From an uncultured Chloroflexia bacterium (GTDB taxonomy: Bacteria > Chloroflexota > Limnocylindria > Limnocylindrales > CSP1-4), in the NCBI GenBank assembly GCA_963703155.1, contig OY969796.1, positions 3,766,325 through 3,830,324 on the forward strand: a DNA stretch of 64,000 nucleotides. Direction: 5' to 3'. This document shows, piece after piece, positions 61,614 through 64,000 of this stretch (the first letter of the stretch is position 1; each line of letters opens with the position of its first letter). The notes beneath the pieces are model-generated. The model was not told the DNA's origin and did no database searches. It saw only the letters and a list, made by a program, of their open reading frames with translations. A program made the position numbers and the translations under genes.

Positions 61614-62321
61614 TCAGCTGGCCGGGAGGGCCTCTTCAAGATCGGTTGGGGCGCCGGGTGATCGAGTCTCCGCCCAGTGGCTGGCGAGCCCTGCGGCGGC
61701 ATCCTCGAAGTGCGAATGCATGACGGCGACGGCCTGGGCCGCGTCCCGGGCCCGCAACGCCCGGAGGATCGGAATGTGCTGGTCGGCGATCCACCGGCGG
61801 TCAGCGCCGGGCGCCACGATGGTGATGTACGTGCGCGAGAACGGCTCGAGGGTGCGCCAGACTCGCGCGAGCGTCGCGTTGCCGGCGGCCTCGACGATGC
61901 GTCCGTGGAACGCGGCATCTGCCGTCGCCTCGGCATAGGTGTCACCCGATTCGGCTGCCGCGCGCATCTGGTCGACATAGGTGGCGAGCTCGTCGAGGTC
62001 CTCGTCGCTGAGACTCGGGATGGCGAGCTGCGCGGCGAGCGACTCGAGCGTGGACCGGACGGCAAATCCCTCGAGGAGCTCGTCCGCCGACGGGCGACGG
62101 ACGCGAGCTCCCCGAAATGCGGTTGTCTCCACGACCCCCAGGCCCTCGAGGTCGCGCAGCGCCTCCCGGACGGGCGCCTGGCTCGTGCCGAGTTCCCGGG
62201 CAACCCGGGTCTCGACGATCCGGGCGCCCGGCGGATAGCGACCGTCGAGGATCCCCTGGAGCAGGCGATCCTTGACCTGTGCGCTCAGGACGCTGCGCGC
62301 GATCGCGGCCTGGGGAATCAT
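61614..62321 (-). CDS. GntR family transcriptional regulator (FCD effector domain)
   Basis: HTH ...IVETRVARELGTSQAPVREAL plus a helical FCD-like C-terminus. Confidence 0.75.
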   Translation of the reverse strand: MIPQAAIARSVLSAQVKDRLLQGILDGRYPPGARIVETRVARELGTSQAPVREALRDLEGLGVVETTAFRGARVRRPSADELLEGFAVRSTLESLAAQLAIPSLSDEDLDELATYVDQMRAAAESGDTYAEATADAAFHGRIVEAAGNATLARVWRTLEPFSRTYITIVAPGADRRWIADQHIPILRALRARDAAQAVAVMHSHFEDAAAGLASHWAETRSPGAPTDLEEALPAS

Positions 62322-62329
62322 GGCGCGGG

Positions 62330-64000
62330 TCAGTCCTTCATCCCGACGGCCGTGAGCGTCGGCATCGCAGCGAGGATCTCGACCTCGCCGGTCGTGCCGT
62401 TGATGCGGATCCGGTCGCCGTTCTTGATCTGCTCGGTCGCCACGGAGGTGCCGACGACGGCCGGGATCCCGAACTCCCGGGACAGGACGGCCGGATGCGA
62501 CACCGTGCCGCCTGCGTCCGTCACGAGCCCCACGATCTTGGTGAACAGCACGACCCACGCGGGGTTCGTCATCTGGCAGACCAGGATGTCCCCGGCGCGC
62601 ACATCGTCGAACTGGTCCTCGCGGAGGACCACCCGGGCGATGCCCTCGACGACGCCCGGCGAGGCGCCGAGACCGGCGATCTGCCCGGCGACCAGCGACT
62701 GCTTCCGGTAGAACTTGTCGGGGAAGCCCCACAGGTTCAGGTACGGGAAGGCAAGCTGGGTGGCGGTCACGGTCCCGACCCACTCCTTGGGGCGGAACGT
62801 GTACGCCTTCTCCCGAGCAGCCTTGGCCGTGGCGACGATCGCCCGCCCGTCCATGGCCGCCGGGTTGCCCATGAACACCCGGAGCTCGTTGTACCGGAAG
62901 TACACGACGTCGTCCGGGGCGTCGAGGTGGCCCGCGGCCACGAGCTTGCGCCCGATCGCGAGGAGGACCTGGCGGACGTGGGCGTTCGCGCCCTGGTCAA
63001 TGTAGAAGTGGTGGTCCGGCGTGAGCGGGGCCATCCGCAGGTTGATCTCGTTCGCTGCCCGCATCTCCTCGAGCGCCTCGCCCTCGAGACCCGCGAGGAT
63101 CTCCTTGGCGGCGGCGGCGATGTCTGCGGCGAGCACGCCGATGGTCTTGGGATAGTCGTAGTCGTTCTCGATGTAGCCGCGGACGAGCTCGATGACGGGC
63201 TCCATCACCTCGACCACGTTGGGGAAGATGAACTCGTGGCTCCAGACCGCGTGCCAGCCGTATTCCTTCTGGTACGGCGCGACGCGGTCGGCGATGAAGC
63301 GCCTGCCGCGCTCGCTGGCCTTCAGGCTCAGGATGATCTCGCCGGCGGTGTCGGCCTTGAAGATCGAGGCGAGCTCCGGATCGGCCTTCGCCTCCTCCTT
63401 CATCCGCCACAGGGCGTGGATCGAGTCCCAGTTGCGGTCCTTGGCCGAGTTCTGGAGCCGGCCGAGGAGCACCTCGTCGATCTTGCCGTGGGTCTTCTCC
63501 ATGACGGCCCGGAGGTTGAGCGTCGCGCTGAGCTGCGCGAAGTTCAGCATCCAGTGGATCTTCCAGTGGCGGTCGTGGACGTCGATCGCGTCCTCGAGCA
63601 GGCAGGCCAGCTCCATCAGGCTGAGCGCATCCTGCTTGTCCAGCATCGACTCGAGGTACGCGAAGTTGCGATCCATCTCGGGGACGAGGCGGTCGCGCCA
63701 CCAGTTCACGAACTCGAGCCCGTAGGTCGGGAGGACGGCGCCCAGGTACGTGCCGATCTTGGCCGCGTAGTCGGGGTCCTCGGGGACGATCGGGCTCGTC
63801 CGGTAGTTGTACTCCTGCGTCTCAACCGCCAGCCCGGCCTCGGCCGGAACCGCCGCTGTGTACAGGTAGCCGTTGATGTTCTTGTAGATCCAGTCCGTCG
63901 CGAACGGCGTGCCAAACCGACGGAACATGTGATCGCAGGACAGCCACCAGCCGCCGATGTCCTCGTACATCGGGCTCAGCGGGTGCGGGCAGTGCAGGTC
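62330..64000 (-). CDS. PEP-utilising-enzyme family protein with a C-terminal phosphohistidine swivel domain (PEP synthase / rifampin-phosphotransferase-like); N-terminus beyond the window edge
   Basis: C-terminal GGTVSHPAVLSREFGIPAVVG. The frame is open through the ATG at 63970 to the window end (…DLHCPHPLSPM…), so the true start is probably upstream of 64000. Confidence 0.65.
   Translation of the reverse strand, partial: DLHCPHPLSPMYEDIGGWWLSCDHMFRRFGTPFATDWIYKNINGYLYTAAVPAEAGLAVETQEYNYRTSPIVPEDPDYAAKIGTYLGAVLPTYGLEFVNWWRDRLVPEMDRNFAYLESMLDKQDALSLMELACLLEDAIDVHDRHWKIHWMLNFAQLSATLNLRAVMEKTHGKIDEVLLGRLQNSAKDRNWDSIHALWRMKEEAKADPELASIFKADTAGEIILSLKASERGRRFIADRVAPYQKEYGWHAVWSHEFIFPNVVEVMEPVIELVRGYIENDYDYPKTIGVLAADIAAAAKEILAGLEGEALEEMRAANEINLRMAPLTPDHHFYIDQGANAHVRQVLLAIGRKLVAAGHLDAPDDVVYFRYNELRVFMGNPAAMDGRAIVATAKAAREKAYTFRPKEWVGTVTATQLAFPYLNLWGFPDKFYRKQSLVAGQIAGLGASPGVVEGIARVVLREDQFDDVRAGDILVCQMTNPAWVVLFTKIVGLVTDAGGTVSHPAVLSREFGIPAVVGTSVATEQIKNGDRIRINGTTGEVEILAAMPTLTAVGMKD

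Overview
High-GC (about 70%) bacterial chromosomal window, probably actinobacterial or Chloroflexi-like, densely packed with metabolic genes. Adjacent genes frequently share ATGA/GTGA stop-start overlaps. No rRNA, tRNA, CRISPR, transposase or integrase was recognised.

Main blocks:
- 236-3760: DegV, an ArsR-SRPBCC pair with a perfect 20-bp operator palindrome, a hydrolase and a lipoprotein.
- 4229-15553: a complete L-rhamnose catabolic locus (LacI regulator, rhaTPQS ABC transporter, rhaM, rhaB, rhaI) plus two class-II aldolases. One aldolase, an E. coli-type rhaD, is frameshifted.
- 15577-20715: TetR-MFS and MarR regulatory pairs.
- 21126-28048: a sugar ABC transporter with a GH31 glycosidase and a second LacI regulator.
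- 30134-47372: a large purine/ureide-type catabolic supercluster. It holds carbamate kinase, a YgeW-type knotted carbamoyltransferase, a second transcarbamylase, two PLP enzymes, an XdhD-like fused 2Fe-2S/molybdopterin enzyme, an SsnA-like amidohydrolase, a Fe-S flavoprotein, a Rhodobacter-type XdhAB and guanine deaminase.
- 48154-64000: a minus-strand array containing an HprK-like P-loop protein, CoxM/CoxS/CoxL-type molybdoenzyme, a cyclase, two alcohol-dehydrogenase paralogs arranged as an inverted repeat of roughly 630-1050 bp, and two PEP-utilising (PPDK/rifampin-phosphotransferase-like) phosphotransfer enzymes.

I see four single-base indel frameshifts, all in conserved enzymes and all in short G/C or GATC repeats, plus one ACG in place of a start codon. 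These are either sequencing or assembly indels, or real pseudogenisation.
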